Assembly: GCA_965655095.1 (NCBI GenBank)
Contig: OZ296658.1
Span: 64,232,001-64,296,000, forward strand
DNA from: Haplodiscus bocki
Taxonomy: Eukaryota
DNA length: 64,000 bases
Reading direction: 5' to 3'
Of the stretch, positions 12,601 to 22,998 are shown piece by piece. Both the position numbers and the translations under genes were made by a program. The notes under the pieces were generated by a model. It did not search any database. It was not told the DNA's origin and worked only from the letters and a program-made list of their open reading frames with translations. The number at the start of each line of letters is the position of its first letter. Positions within the stretch are counted from its first letter, which is position 1.

Positions 12601-15600
12601 CACCCCTCTACTTGGGGAGAACTATTCAATAGGAAAATGACTGATCTTGATTTTTGCGTGGGAATCCTGCTAGTGCGAAAATGCCAACAAATAGTAATTT
12701 TGACACACCTATTTTCAAATTCTCATTTCTCCGTAACTATTGGCTTGACTTCTTGTATCTAGGTATTAATTGATAGCTTTTTAGCTGCCGAACGGTCCTC
12801 GAATCGAGATATTTTGATTTTTGCGCAGTCAACAGAATTTTCATGATATGCCGAAAAGTGCAACTGTTATTATTTTGTCGATTTTCAAACTCAATTTTCT
12901 AAAGCTTCTCTGTGATATAACGTGGCTTGCGCAAGTGTAATAATTTTTTATCAGAAGCTATTCGTATTGGAAAATTACAAACTGAAGAATAAACAAGAAA
13001 ATAAAGGCTTGAATTTTTTCGATAAGGTCTCAATCGAAAACAACTTGTTATATGTTCGACCATCCATTTCTTCACCCCTTTGACGGAAATTATCTCAGAG
13101 AGACTGCGCTTTTTGTTATTACTTGGATCAAATAGTATTTCTGTTTTACTGGAACCGGATACTTTCCACCATTTTAAATTTGAAAATGAAGTTCATTTTT
13201 TCGAGAGGGAAGAAAATTTACGTAGGGAAAAGAGCTTTATTCGACGTGAACGGGAAATCCACAAGTTGAGCTATCGAAGTTAGCCTTTTGATTCGGGAAA
13301 ATTAGTATTGCTCCAGATTTTTGCGCGGAATCAAAATAACGGAGAGATTTTTGAATCTAATTTTCAAAGAAAGCGATAACAAATATTGTCAATTACTCGG
13401 TAAGGCGAACTTGCATCCGAGCAATACATCCTTGTTTTTACCTATTGTCATATTTCTATTCTACATTTCTTCTTTCCACTTAACAATTTGTTGAACACCC
13501 CTGAATTTATCATGACTAAAGGTCAACACAATAAATACACAGTTGTTCCTGGTGATACGCACTGCTGTCATCAGCTGCAATTAAATACAACAGAGCATAT
13601 GTCCCCGGTGTATTCTCCAGGGTCCCAACTGGCTGAGAACATAGTCACTGCTGCTAGGGGGAGCATTGGGACAACAGGAGCTGGAGGTGCTTCCAAGGGG
13701 ACAAACGCCTTAGAAGTTAAGGTTGCTACTTGCTTATTCGGATATGCAAACTTTTTTTCAAACAAATACACAACGTAGAATAATAGCGAAATGTTTCTAA
13801 ACATCACGGAATGAGTACCATAAATCCATCTGGTTTCACGATGCCGTATTTCAGTTGTTTTGTATCGCACCTGCGGTCAACGGTGTACACGTGAGTGAAG
13901 TATGGGATTTTGAAAAGTAGCCTGGCTCTGTGTTTTAGCCCCTATTACGTTTTTTGGTCGGCCTTGTATGAAATAAAATGACCGACTATTACAGTGACCA
14001 GCTTTAGCGAAAACATTTTCTTGCTCATGTAGGATCCACGTGGCCTTGTTGGTAGGAGAGATCGCGGGCTCAATCCCCGCAAGAAAATGTACCAAAAACT
14101 TACCTATATTATAAATTATTGGACCTTACATCCAAAATTTTTTCGTGATACCATCTCATATGGATTTTCCGAACACTTTCCCATCACTTAAAGCTTTCCA
14201 GCCCTTAAAGTATGTTGCGCGTTACGAGCTACACTGTCTTCAGCATTCCGGGCTGGTTTTAACTCCAGATTTTCGTTTCCACCTTTTAAATTTTGACATA
14301 CTTCTTTTGCGTTTCCATTCTGACTTTACCTATTCCACAAATTCTTAGGTCCTGAATTTTTTTGGTTTTGTTGAAAGAAAAATCAAAGTAAAGCTTCGTT
14401 ATCCGAACAATTGATTGATTTTCTTTTTCAGAGGAGCAAAACTAAATTTGCCAGAGACAGCGAGTACAGGGCCAGTTTGAGACACTTACAACGAATGGGC
14501 GTCGAAACCAAAACTAGATTCGGGATCCCCGAAGGTTAGTTAAAAACAGTTTGTAGAGAACCCTTAGCTAGGTTAGACCTTGATTCCTATTCAATGAAAT
14601 TTCGCATAACCTAGAAAAATGTATTTATATTAGTAAATGAGCAGTTATCATTCCTTGAATTATTAACAATAGACTTAATTTTAGCTAACAAAACCTTACG
14701 TTTTGCTTTTGATTGTTTAAGATAAGTTTGCGTTGGTGATGATGATCATGTTTGGAGACATGTTCCACAATTTGTCGGACGGGTTGGCAGTGGGGGCTGC
14801 CTTTGGTGCTGGATCGGCCTCTGGAATATCAACCAGCATCGCCGTCCTCTTCCACGAATTGCCTCACGAGTTGGGAGACTTCGCCATCCTATACGACTCC
14901 GGTTAATTGGGAAAAAACCTAATAATTGGGAGATACTTGAAATTATGATATTGTTATAAAATTTCGTACCAGTCGTTTTCGAACCTAATCTGATCAGGTT
15001 ATCTTTGAAGACGCTGAAGATTTATCTTCTGCATTCAAAATCTCACATTTGCAAACGCAATTTTTCGTTTAATATGTGTTAACTTCGATGTTTTTCCTTC
15101 TTTTTTTCTTTCCTCGTTAAATAAGGACCGTAAGTACTGGCCATTATTCGTGGGGAAAAAACATTAAATAGCCCGTGAACAAGCATAGGGAGTCAGTAAA
15201 ACAGGCGTCACTTCGCTGCAAGCTGCAGAGCCTCCTCACAGTGTCAATAGCGGTGTCATATATCAAACTAAAAGCATCTAAAACATCAGCAAGTGGAGGT
15301 AGGATTTATAAATTAGGTCATCGTATTGCATATTGAACTAGATCGACTATTTGAGAAGAAAATAAATGAAACATTGCCATTAAAGCCTTGTCCAAAAATC
15401 ACGACAGCCTTCCCTCCTGGGCTGCAGCGGAAATTAATGATTCTTCAAAATTTTGTCGATTCGAGCGACACCCCCTCACACAAAGCATCGAACTGCGTAA
15501 GAGGAAAAACTAATTTTCGTAAAATGTGTCAACTTTGTTCATGAAAACAGCTATTTGCAACTGTCATTCTGACTGAACTGACACCGCAATGATTGGGATC

Positions 15601-18600
15601 CAAACCTGAAGTCGGGTAAAAAGCATTAACTGAAATCTATTTTTGAAGCAAAAGTGGTGAAAATGGATAAACTGTTGTCGGTTGTTTCAGGAATCAGTGT
15701 AGTTCGAATTCTGTTGCTGAATGCAATTTCATCTCTGGCTGCGTTTGCTGGTCTTTTCATTGGAGTGGCTCTGTCAGAAACAGACGGATCTTACGAATGG
15801 ATCTTCGCCGTCACAGCAGGGATGTTTCTATACGTCGCATTCATTGACATGGTTAGTAGAGCAGCAATCACTGATTCGTTAAGTTTCATGTCCGTTTACG
15901 CTCAAACTTTTTATTACACATTTTAACTGAAAGCAAGAAGATATATTGGAACTGGATTTTTCTTATGTTTTTAGGCGAGCGGAGCGAAGCCTATTCGCAC
16001 AAGGACACGTCAAAATGATTTCGTTTTTTTCCTGTCCGTGAAATCCCTCTGCGTTTCATCTCTTTAAATCTAAATTTCCCGGCACCTATTGGTCGGATTC
16101 ACCCGATTTTTGCATAAACACTACGACGTGTTCACGATCTATCATATTCCAAAGTTTCGGCTGCCAAAATTTTTTTCTACGAGTTATTAGCGAAAAAAAA
16201 TCAATTTTCGGATTTTTTAGAGGGCAAAGGGTTTATTTTTGAGTCCTGTCTTTACAGTAAGCTTAGAAAGGCTAATGTTTTTGCTTTAATCGATGGAACA
16301 CCTTTCAGTTGAGCGGCGTGTTGTAATTTTTTTTGCCAAAAAATTTTGTCGGCCAGTTTTCGTCGAAAAAAGACCTGAATTTATTCGAAACAGGTTCGAC
16401 ATTCCCCATTGCCCACTGCGTTTTTTAACTTTGACGCTCATTTTCTACTAACGCATTTGCATGATCCGTTTGCTTGTTGCTTAGCTGCATTGGCAACGTC
16501 GTAATTGACCGGGGCCGAAATTTTTCCGCCGGGCAGTTTTTGGCGAAAAAAAATTGAAAACCCAGATTTTTTCAGAGGGCAAGTGTTACTTTGTTGCATT
16601 CCTTTGGACTAATATCCCATATATGTATGGCATCCTAACGCTGGCTAGGCGATGGAATATAAAGCGTAAGTTGAATTTAGTTTTTAGCTGAAGGTTTTCT
16701 GATTTTTCCACAAGATTTTCTCCGAAAATTTTTCTGAAAAAATTGAGTTTTGAATAAATTTAGGCATAATCTAAAATTTAGTGCGTTCAGCGTGCCTCAA
16801 AAAGATGCATATCACTTGAATTGAGGAACGGATTAAGCAAGGTGTACAAAAGTGGGTTTTGATGCAAGTTTTGACTTCGAGCGAACTTTTCTTACAGATT
16901 TTTTGCCGAAAATTGTCAGAAAATAGGTTCCCTTAAGACTTGTCGACTCTCCCAAAGACTTTTTATCCTGTTGTACAAACAAAAGTAAAATAGGATTTGT
17001 GACGCCAGCTGGATAGCCTAGAGAAGCACTCGTGAACTTTTCAGCGTACGTTCGATCGAAGATAGGTGTGGTCTGGCCAAGATACTCTTTAGATGTAGAG
17101 CAATTTTTTTCAATTGTCATTGCCCTTTTCGATAATTTTACTGCGACTGTCATCACCTGGAAATTTGCCTCGAGTGTGTGTCTCCTAATAACCCTCAGCA
17201 TATGCCCAGTGTTCATGTGATCTTGGGTTTGCGCGAAAAATTGTTTAATGGAGTTTTCTGAGAATTTATCGACAAAACACGGCTTTTTCGGAAGATTTTT
17301 TGTTTTGTTTGTTTCTCTACTCAACACGTTAGTCATCAATTTATGGGACCTTGCTGCTCTGAGGCGGCGTTTTCAAATTACCGGCTGGCTTCCGTTGACT
17401 TTTAAGATGACAAAACTTTCTTATTATGAGCTAAATTTTGTTTGAAGTTATGGTAGTTACCTTGAACCTCCGCTGTTCTCTTCGTTGTTCTCTGCCTAAT
17501 TTCCCGGATTTTGCTACATGCTCGCTGGCATTGCATAAGCATGTGGTCAGCGATGTAATCAAGAGGTTGAGTACCTTCGCGAGCCTTGCACTAAGCAACT
17601 TAGCGCCTATGTTTTTTTATTCTGTCCAAAACTTACATTTTTTGATGTCATCAGAGAGTCTGATCATCTAGCGTATTTTTTGAATGAGACAGTGAGACAG
17701 TCTAGCAGATACTTGTTTATTTTCGCGTTTTTTACATGCTGACGTTTTAAACACTGAGTGGAAAAAAAATGGCGTAACGTGAAAACAAATGATCGGTATA
17801 TAACTTTTTAAGCATGAGACTCTCAGGTATTTTTCTCATTTTGACGTTTTCGTACAAACTCTTGATTGACATCTGGTGTGCTCTTTCTAAAATGGTCATT
17901 TACATCTGTGATCATGATTTCAAATGTCTTTCGCGATCCATGATCTCAACTGACAAGTCAGAATGTGCTGTGAAGTTCCGCTTCGCCTCTGTGATGCAAT
18001 TTAATCCATTTTAGTCGGCGCTGTACTGATAAATTGCCGCATATTTATTTCAGGGGCCTTTTTTCTTAAAAACAACAGGCTCGCTTGAAAGGACCCACTC
18101 TTCGTTAAAATTTTACTTTTTTACCTCGTACCCTTCCTTGATGTACCTCCTGGCAAATTTTCGGAAGAAGACAAACACGAAAGGTTTCGTGATGCTCCTC
18201 TTATCATTTTACACGAAATCACATCAGAAAGTCCTCAGTTATCCCTCGATTATCCGCCAATTTGGCCGATATGTTTTTTGAGCAAATAATTGCTAAACTT
18301 GATTATACGCCAATCTCGACAAAATTCCTTTTTTGACATTTATTTCATTGTTGAAAAAATCAAACTCAGGCCCACTCTCCATCTGTCAACGCCCACGATT
18401 ATCCACCAGAAAATGCTGCGCGAATGTTGGCTTGAGATTATTAAAAAACTTTTTTGTCAACTGAATTTGACGTAGGCTCGAGAGTTATAACTTAATTGGT
18501 CTAAATTAAGTGGATTTTGAGTATTTAACTACGTGGAGTATTAATTACGGGCTGCTCTTTCACCGATTGCTTGTGGCGCACCACCCAATTAGAATGCGTC

Positions 18601-21600
18601 ATAGGCGATGGGAAATGCGCATCGCAAAAAGTGAAAGTACTAATTAAGATTTACGCTGAGAAAATTTTTCAACTGAAGCTTTCATTGTTAGAATGTAAGT
18701 CTTACAGCGTTCATGCAGACTAAAGTTGCATTGTCTACAGTAGTGTCATAAAGCAGTGCGACTTAGTAATTTTGATTAAATCTGCAAAACGTTGATTAAA
18801 TCAATAAATAATAGACTTCACAGGGAAAGAGGGTACCCAAGAAAAAGCTCATTAAAAAGCCTATAAGATGTTTATTTTATTTGGTTAAAGTGGTAATCGA
18901 AATAATTAGAAAATTCCGTTTGAAACTGTTACATCTCAACCATGTACACTAGTGTGATTAAAGAACCGGACTCCTTACTGTGAGAAATGTTTCGGACGGT
19001 ATACTTCTGAGCAAATAAAATACTAATTAACAGAAATTAGTTTTGAGAAACTTAATTCTCGGTAAGTACAATTGACAAGTTTCATAAAATTGGTGGCTAT
19101 TCGTAGCTCCGAATTTGTATTTTAGTATCATAACTCCGAATTAAAAGTTGAATCTCTAGTGAAGGCATGTTGATTCTATTTGTTTGACTGAATGATTTTA
19201 ATTGTTTCCAACAATTTTCCCTGTAATTTTATATTTACTTCCGATAACTTTTGCATTTTGGCACCAATTTATTTTATTTAAATTAACAATTTTGTTTATT
19301 TTAAGCTTGACTTCCGCTTCAAAATTATTTATTTTAATCGTTGCGAAAATGATGCTAAAGAAACTCTAGGTACGCTAATTTAATTCGGAGTTATGCACCT
19401 AGTTTCTTCATTTCGGAGCTATGACTATTCGGAGCTATGAGACGTTACCATAAAATTAGTTGGCTTAACGAGTTTGAGGATGCCTAATTGCAGTATTGAA
19501 ACTAAACAAAAGGTAGTTTCACTTTACTACAAAGGATATAGTTTATTTTCATTTTCGAAGGCTACGTCTGTTCCAAAAAGCACTTGTTGGGATATTGTTT
19601 GAAGATATAATTCCTGCGGACATGTCAGAAATCGAAAAAGTCCGGATAGACCGAAAAATATGGATTCCAAAGTGGAAAAACAATTGATAAATTTGTCACA
19701 GAATGATCCCGAAAAAAATTCAACTCAACTTTCATGGCATATTAACCCGAAAAAATGTTCCACAAGTTTGATACGAAGGATATTAATCTATCATTTGCGT
19801 GCCTGAACTGCTACCAAAAAACCCTATCTTACGGCGAAAAATCAACTTGACAGAAAAGTTTGGCAATTGACCACGCTTTACTTCCCAAAATTTTCTGGCA
19901 AAATGTGCTGTTTTCGGACAAAACAACTCTGAAACTGCACCCTAACAAATGAGTATTAGGCCGGCGTTTACCCAATACCGGAATGGAGAATAATTTATCT
20001 GAAACCCGAAAATTTGGCGGAAAAATTGATGCTTTGGGGTTTTATTGCTCACGATGGTCGGAAATGTCTCCAAAAAGTCTGTGGAATGATAAGTTCGATT
20101 AAATATTTGCAGATTTTGCAAGAAAGTCTATTGCGGGAAATGTTTTTGGGCGAAAAATTGCAGCAAGATGACGCTCCTGCACATAATTCGATCCTTTCAA
20201 AGACTTGGTTTTCCGTAAATTGATTAGAAATTCTCGAAAACTGGCCACCCGAATTCACCAGACATCAATGTTATCGAAAATGTTTGGAGTCTGGTAAAGA
20301 AAAGAGTTTTCCAAATACATCCCAATAATTTTGAAAAACTCGGGCATTTTGTCAAGAAGAATTCGAAAGAATACTTTTGGAGTACATTCAAAACTTATAT
20401 AGCTCAATTCCAGGTAGATTAATTAAAATTGTCCAGTGTAATGGAGAAAACATTAAATTCAGTTTTTTTGTTTTTAGTTTAAATGGTTTCTGTATTTATT
20501 TTTTGTTAGAATTGCTTCTGCAGGAGATTTTTTTGATCGTCCGAAACTTTTCTCACAGTAAGGAGTCCGATTCTTTTATCACACTAGTGTATGTATTGCC
20601 TATAAGCACAAATTTTTGGTTTTTTGCAAATTTCTCAACAATAATTCTATATAGAGAAAAATCCATGTAAACGTTTTTGTTCGTTTGGATCTATTTACTT
20701 CAACAGTTTTTCCAAAAATGAGCTCTCGAATAGATTACGTCGAAAAACAAGATCAATTTTTCGTCATCAAATAATTGAAAATTTTTATTAGTTTTTTGAC
20801 CAAAATCATTTTATCAAATCAAACCACCAATCGGAGGATATTCAGGGGCATCTTTTGAGCATAATATATATCCGAAAATACTTTTCTCAGTTTGCAAAAA
20901 ACAGTGAAAAATCAGTCAAATAATTAATTTTCCCCAAAAAATTATCATCTTTGCAACTTCTCCAACATTGGTCCTTCTCAAACAAGGAGCTTGTAATCTA
21001 CGTCAAAATTCTAGAAACTTTTGTTCCCGAGAGTTCTCTCTGAATTGATTAGTTTGCAAATTCTGAGAGCTCAAAGTTGCCGCAAATTGCACGCTTAGTC
21101 GCATTTGTTTACGACACCACTGTACTTCTACCAGAGTTGCCCAAGACTAAGAATTTGTGAGACTTGGAAGTTTTCGAAAGGACTTTTTGAGTTATTTATA
21201 TTTCCCAGCGTAGACGCAGTTTTCGTATGACGCATTTTGGAAGTTTCCATATGACGGTGTAAAAATTTGAGGGAAATATCAAAATTATCTATTCTTCAAG
21301 TATCATGAAAGTGATTATGAGTGAAAAGATAGACCGCGTAATTTTTACCAACTATCATCTGACAACGGTATCTTTGCAATAGTCCGCCACAAATCGAAAT
21401 ACTTGAATCATTTACTATTGAATGGTGGCAACGGAAAAACCCATGATGGAATCTCGGAACAGCTGTGGAAAAGAATGAGCCTGTTGAGAAAAAGCGAAAT
21501 CTCATGAGATATGGGTGACCATGTTTTTTCAAGTGTCTGTCAAAAATCTTGAAAGAAATGCGTTATCCGCAGATTGAAATTTTTATCACTTCATGTTTTT

Positions 21601-21823
21601 CGTGGCACTACGTTGAAGTTAGGTTGCTTGATGCTTCGATATTCGATCCACGTCGGGGGTATGTTCTCTTAATTCTGAACTAATTTTACCTATGATATTT
21701 TAGCTTCCACAGATGATGCACGTGAACACGAATTCGCCGTGGATTGTGTATGGTGTTCAAAATTTGGGTCTTCTAACTGGATTCGCGATTATGTTACTCC
21801 TAGCCCTAAACGAAGAAGAATGA
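266..21823 (+). CDS. SLC39A12: LIV-1 subfamily ZIP zinc transporter (SLC39A, ZIP12/ZIP4-like), 5'-incomplete. Exons 266-640, 1123-1467, 7987-8617, 8984-9202, 13543-13721, 14432-14534, 14722-14901, 15691-15851, 21704-21823
   Basis: GT-AG exons chain in consistent phases (0,0,1,1,0,1,1,0) to 2313 nt, i.e. 770 aa plus stop. Motifs: CPLLLY (CPALLY motif), TM2 [18 protein letters not shown]4 [12 protein letters not shown]5 LIV-1 signature [28 protein letters not shown]-terminus [13 protein letters not shown]...[21 protein letters not shown]. Paralog assignment (ZIP12 vs ZIP4) is by eye only. Confidence 0.93.
1123..1467 (+). CDS. ZIP transporter exon (His-rich TM2-TM3 loop, TM3)
   Basis: tttcag acceptor; AVEVH...[23 protein letters not shown]...HTHSLA; gtcagt donor at 1468. 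Confidence 0.9.
3490..3629. mobile_element. ~140-bp MITE, Tc1/pogo-like
   Basis: TA then CAGTGAAGTCCGGTTAGAAGGAACGCGTAT; right end reverse complement CAGTGGAATCCGATTATAACGGACGCGTAT (imperfect TIRs). Confidence 0.6.
4231..4686 (-). mobile_element. non-autonomous Helentron/DINE-1-like (HINE) element
   Basis: AACAAG end, hairpin CCCAG-ctatta-CTGGG (4241-4256), sub-terminal inverted repeat ATTTTCCGC (4259-4267) / GCGGAAAAT (4676-4684); similar end sequence recurs at ~35830-35905. Confidence 0.55.
5000..7400 (-). mobile_element. decayed LINE (APE endonuclease + RT remnants) in ZIP intron 2
   Basis: Minus-strand [14 protein letters not shown] (APE TETWL motif, ~6785-6830) and EGDNAPKFL (GPDxIP-like, ~6200); many stops; boundaries approximate. 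Confidence 0.55.
7987..8617 (+). CDS. ZIP transporter exon (His-rich cytoplasmic loop)
   Basis: tttcag acceptor; [27 protein letters not shown]...; gtaagt donor at 8618, phase 1. Confidence 0.85.
8984..9202 (+). CDS. ZIP transporter exon (cytoplasmic loop)
   Basis: ttgacag acceptor in phase 1, open frame. Donor is ambiguous: GTGTTC after 9202 or a GC donor after 9196, both phase 1. Confidence 0.65.
9630..10277. repeat. cluster of tRNA-derived (SINE-like) heads: ~9630-9698 (+), 10057-10126 (-), ~10225-10277 (+)
   Basis: A boxes (TAGCTCAGTCGGTA on -, TGGCGCCGTGG on +) and B boxes (GGTTCGAACC, GTTTCAAGCC, GGCTCGAATCC); no intact cloverleaf. Confidence 0.55.
10750..12905. repeat. degenerate direct repeats interrupted by an insertion
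   Basis: Motif (g)aatcctgactggccg(c/a)aaatgcc recurs at ~10753, 11100, 11270, 12660; ~11190-11520 is duplicated at ~12580-12905. Confidence 0.55.
13543..13721 (+). CDS. ZIP transporter exon (cytoplasmic loop)
   Basis: Branch-point-like tgactaa then acacag acceptor in phase 1; [14 protein letters not shown]...ALEVK; donor after 13721 or 13715, both phase 0. Confidence 0.65.
14432..14534 (+). CDS. ZIP transporter exon (end of cytoplasmic loop)
   Basis: ttctttttcag acceptor; [34 protein letters not shown]; gttagt donor phase 1. Confidence 0.75.
14722..14901 (+). CDS. ZIP transporter exon (TM4-TM5 metal site)
   Basis: [28 protein letters not shown]...[21 protein letters not shown]; AAG acceptor, gttaat donor. 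Confidence 0.93.
15691..15851 (+). CDS. ZIP transporter exon (TM6-TM7)
   Basis: gtttcag acceptor; [26 protein letters not shown]...[18 protein letters not shown]; gttagt donor. Confidence 0.93.
15971..18050 (+). mobile_element. Helentron/DINE-1-like non-autonomous element in the last ZIP intron
   Basis: T-run then AGGCGAGCGGAGCGAAGCC at 15973; inverted copy AGTTCCGCTTCGCCT at 17974-17988; then stem-loop GCAATTTA...TAAATTGC (17996-18037) and a T-rich end. Confidence 0.6.
19092..19449. mobile_element. MITE with 8-bp TSD (Merlin-like GG termini) inserted in the Tc1 element
   Basis: ATAAAATT direct repeats at 19084-19091 and 19450-19457; ends GGTGGC.../...GTTACC; inverted sub-terminal motifs (a/g)tagctccgaa and cataactccgaattaaaa. 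Confidence 0.7.
19480..20460 (+). pseudogene. Tc1 transposase pseudogene
   Basis: [13 protein letters not shown] (paired-like HTH), [44 protein letters not shown]; stops and frameshifts. Confidence 0.9.
21704..21823 (+). CDS. ZIP transporter terminal exon (TM8)
   Basis: ttttag acceptor; LPQMMHV...[21 protein letters not shown]; TGA at 21821-21823. Confidence 0.92.
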   Translation, partial: LPQMMHVNTNSPWIVYGVQNLGLLTGFAIMLLLALNEEE

Positions 21824-22649
21824 CCCAAATCTACCATCATCTAATTCTAGATGTTCCAAACATACGCAATACAAAATACAATCCGGCGTCAACTGATCAA
21901 TCGTATTTAATGTCTCTCATTTGTGAACATTAGATGTCAATTCTTCATTTTTTTTCGGTCTCAGTATTTCGACCATCTTCGGGTGCAACAGGAAATACTT
22001 CCGAGAATTTACCTCATCAACAATTCTCAATCACTGGAAATAAGCTATTACTTCTGAACTCCTGTTACAGAAACGTGACAGTTCAACATAAAACGGTCAT
22101 AACGACATTCCTAATTTAAATTTCTTAGTGGAAACCAAAAGCTTCTAAATGTGATTCAAGAATCAAATGGAGACCTTGGAGGGAAATGTTGCAGATGGGA
22201 TGAGCCATAAGTGCGTAGCGACCAGAAATTGTCGAATGGACCATGTATTGTTGAGACTATGACTGCTTTGTCATCACAACATGCCGATATTGGCCCTTGT
22301 TTTTCAGGAGGGAATTTAGTGCAAAACCTTTGATAATGGAAAAGTCCTCGGAATTATCGGCAAAAAAACTTTGTCGAATAATTGTCGTTCGTCTATTACT
22401 TAATGTTCAGTAGCACAGACTAAAAAGGTCACTTATACATACAGATACGTAAATGTACTTTCGGTTTGTATAGTATTTACAGAATAGATTGATGATAATG
22501 ATGATCTTTGTCATCTTATTTTGGTTTTGCTAGCCACTCTAATTTGTACACTACACATCAGTTTAATTGTGGGCTTCATGTTATGTAGTTTTAAATTTGT
22601 TCACAAAATGATACCAGACTACTTACGTTACTGAAACCGGTGATGGTCC

Positions 22650-22655
22650 AATAAA
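22650..22655 (+). promoter_or_regulatory. candidate polyadenylation signal of the ZIP gene
   Basis: AATAAA ~830 nt after the stop codon, followed by GT-rich gtttttgtgg; other AATAAA hexamers exist nearby. Confidence 0.3.
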
Positions 22656-22893
22656 CCGATCGATGTTTTTGTGGATAATTCCTTGCTCAAATTCCCATTA
22701 GCTGAAGAAGGCCGTGAATTCTCTCACGTATTACGAACTTTACCAAAGTGATTTTATTTCAGTGAACTTCTGAAAATAAATTTGGCAAAGGACAGCAATA
22801 CCAACAAAATAGTTTGAGCAAAACCTGTCTTGGATTTTACATGAGATTTTATTAGTATTCACCAATTGAAAGTTAGACCAATATAGTCTATGT

Positions 22894-22998
22894 TAACGCA
22901 TGGCTGTTGTTTGCCCTAGGAGTTTTTTCCCTACAACTTGGGCGCATAATGCCTGAGGTCTCGCAAAAAGCCTTAGGGCACATAACAGCCATGCGTTA
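22894..22998. repeat. 105-bp fold-back (tiny MITE-like)
   Basis: 25-bp arms TAACGCATGGCTGTTGTTTGCCCTA / TAGGGCACATAACAGCCATGCGTTA with 2 mismatches. Confidence 0.75.

Larger units (their letters stand above)
18947..20589 (+). mobile_element. Tc1 (DD34E-type) DNA transposon with decayed transposase
   Basis: ~52-bp TIRs CACTAGTGTGAT(T/A)AAAGAA..GGACTCCTTACTGTGAGAAA, TA TSD at 18945-46 and 20590-91. Confidence 0.92.
18738..21122. mobile_element. outer non-autonomous Tc1/mariner-like element (TA TSD)
   Basis: TA-CAGTAGTGTCATAAAGCAGTGCGACTTAG vs right-end reverse complement CAGTGGTGTCGTAAACAAATGCGACTAAG; TA flanks at 18736-37 and 21123-24. Confidence 0.7.

Noticed and set aside
16833-17339. 168-aa minus-strand ORF as a nested gene
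   Set aside because: It lies inside a Helentron-like repeat and shows no recognisable motif.
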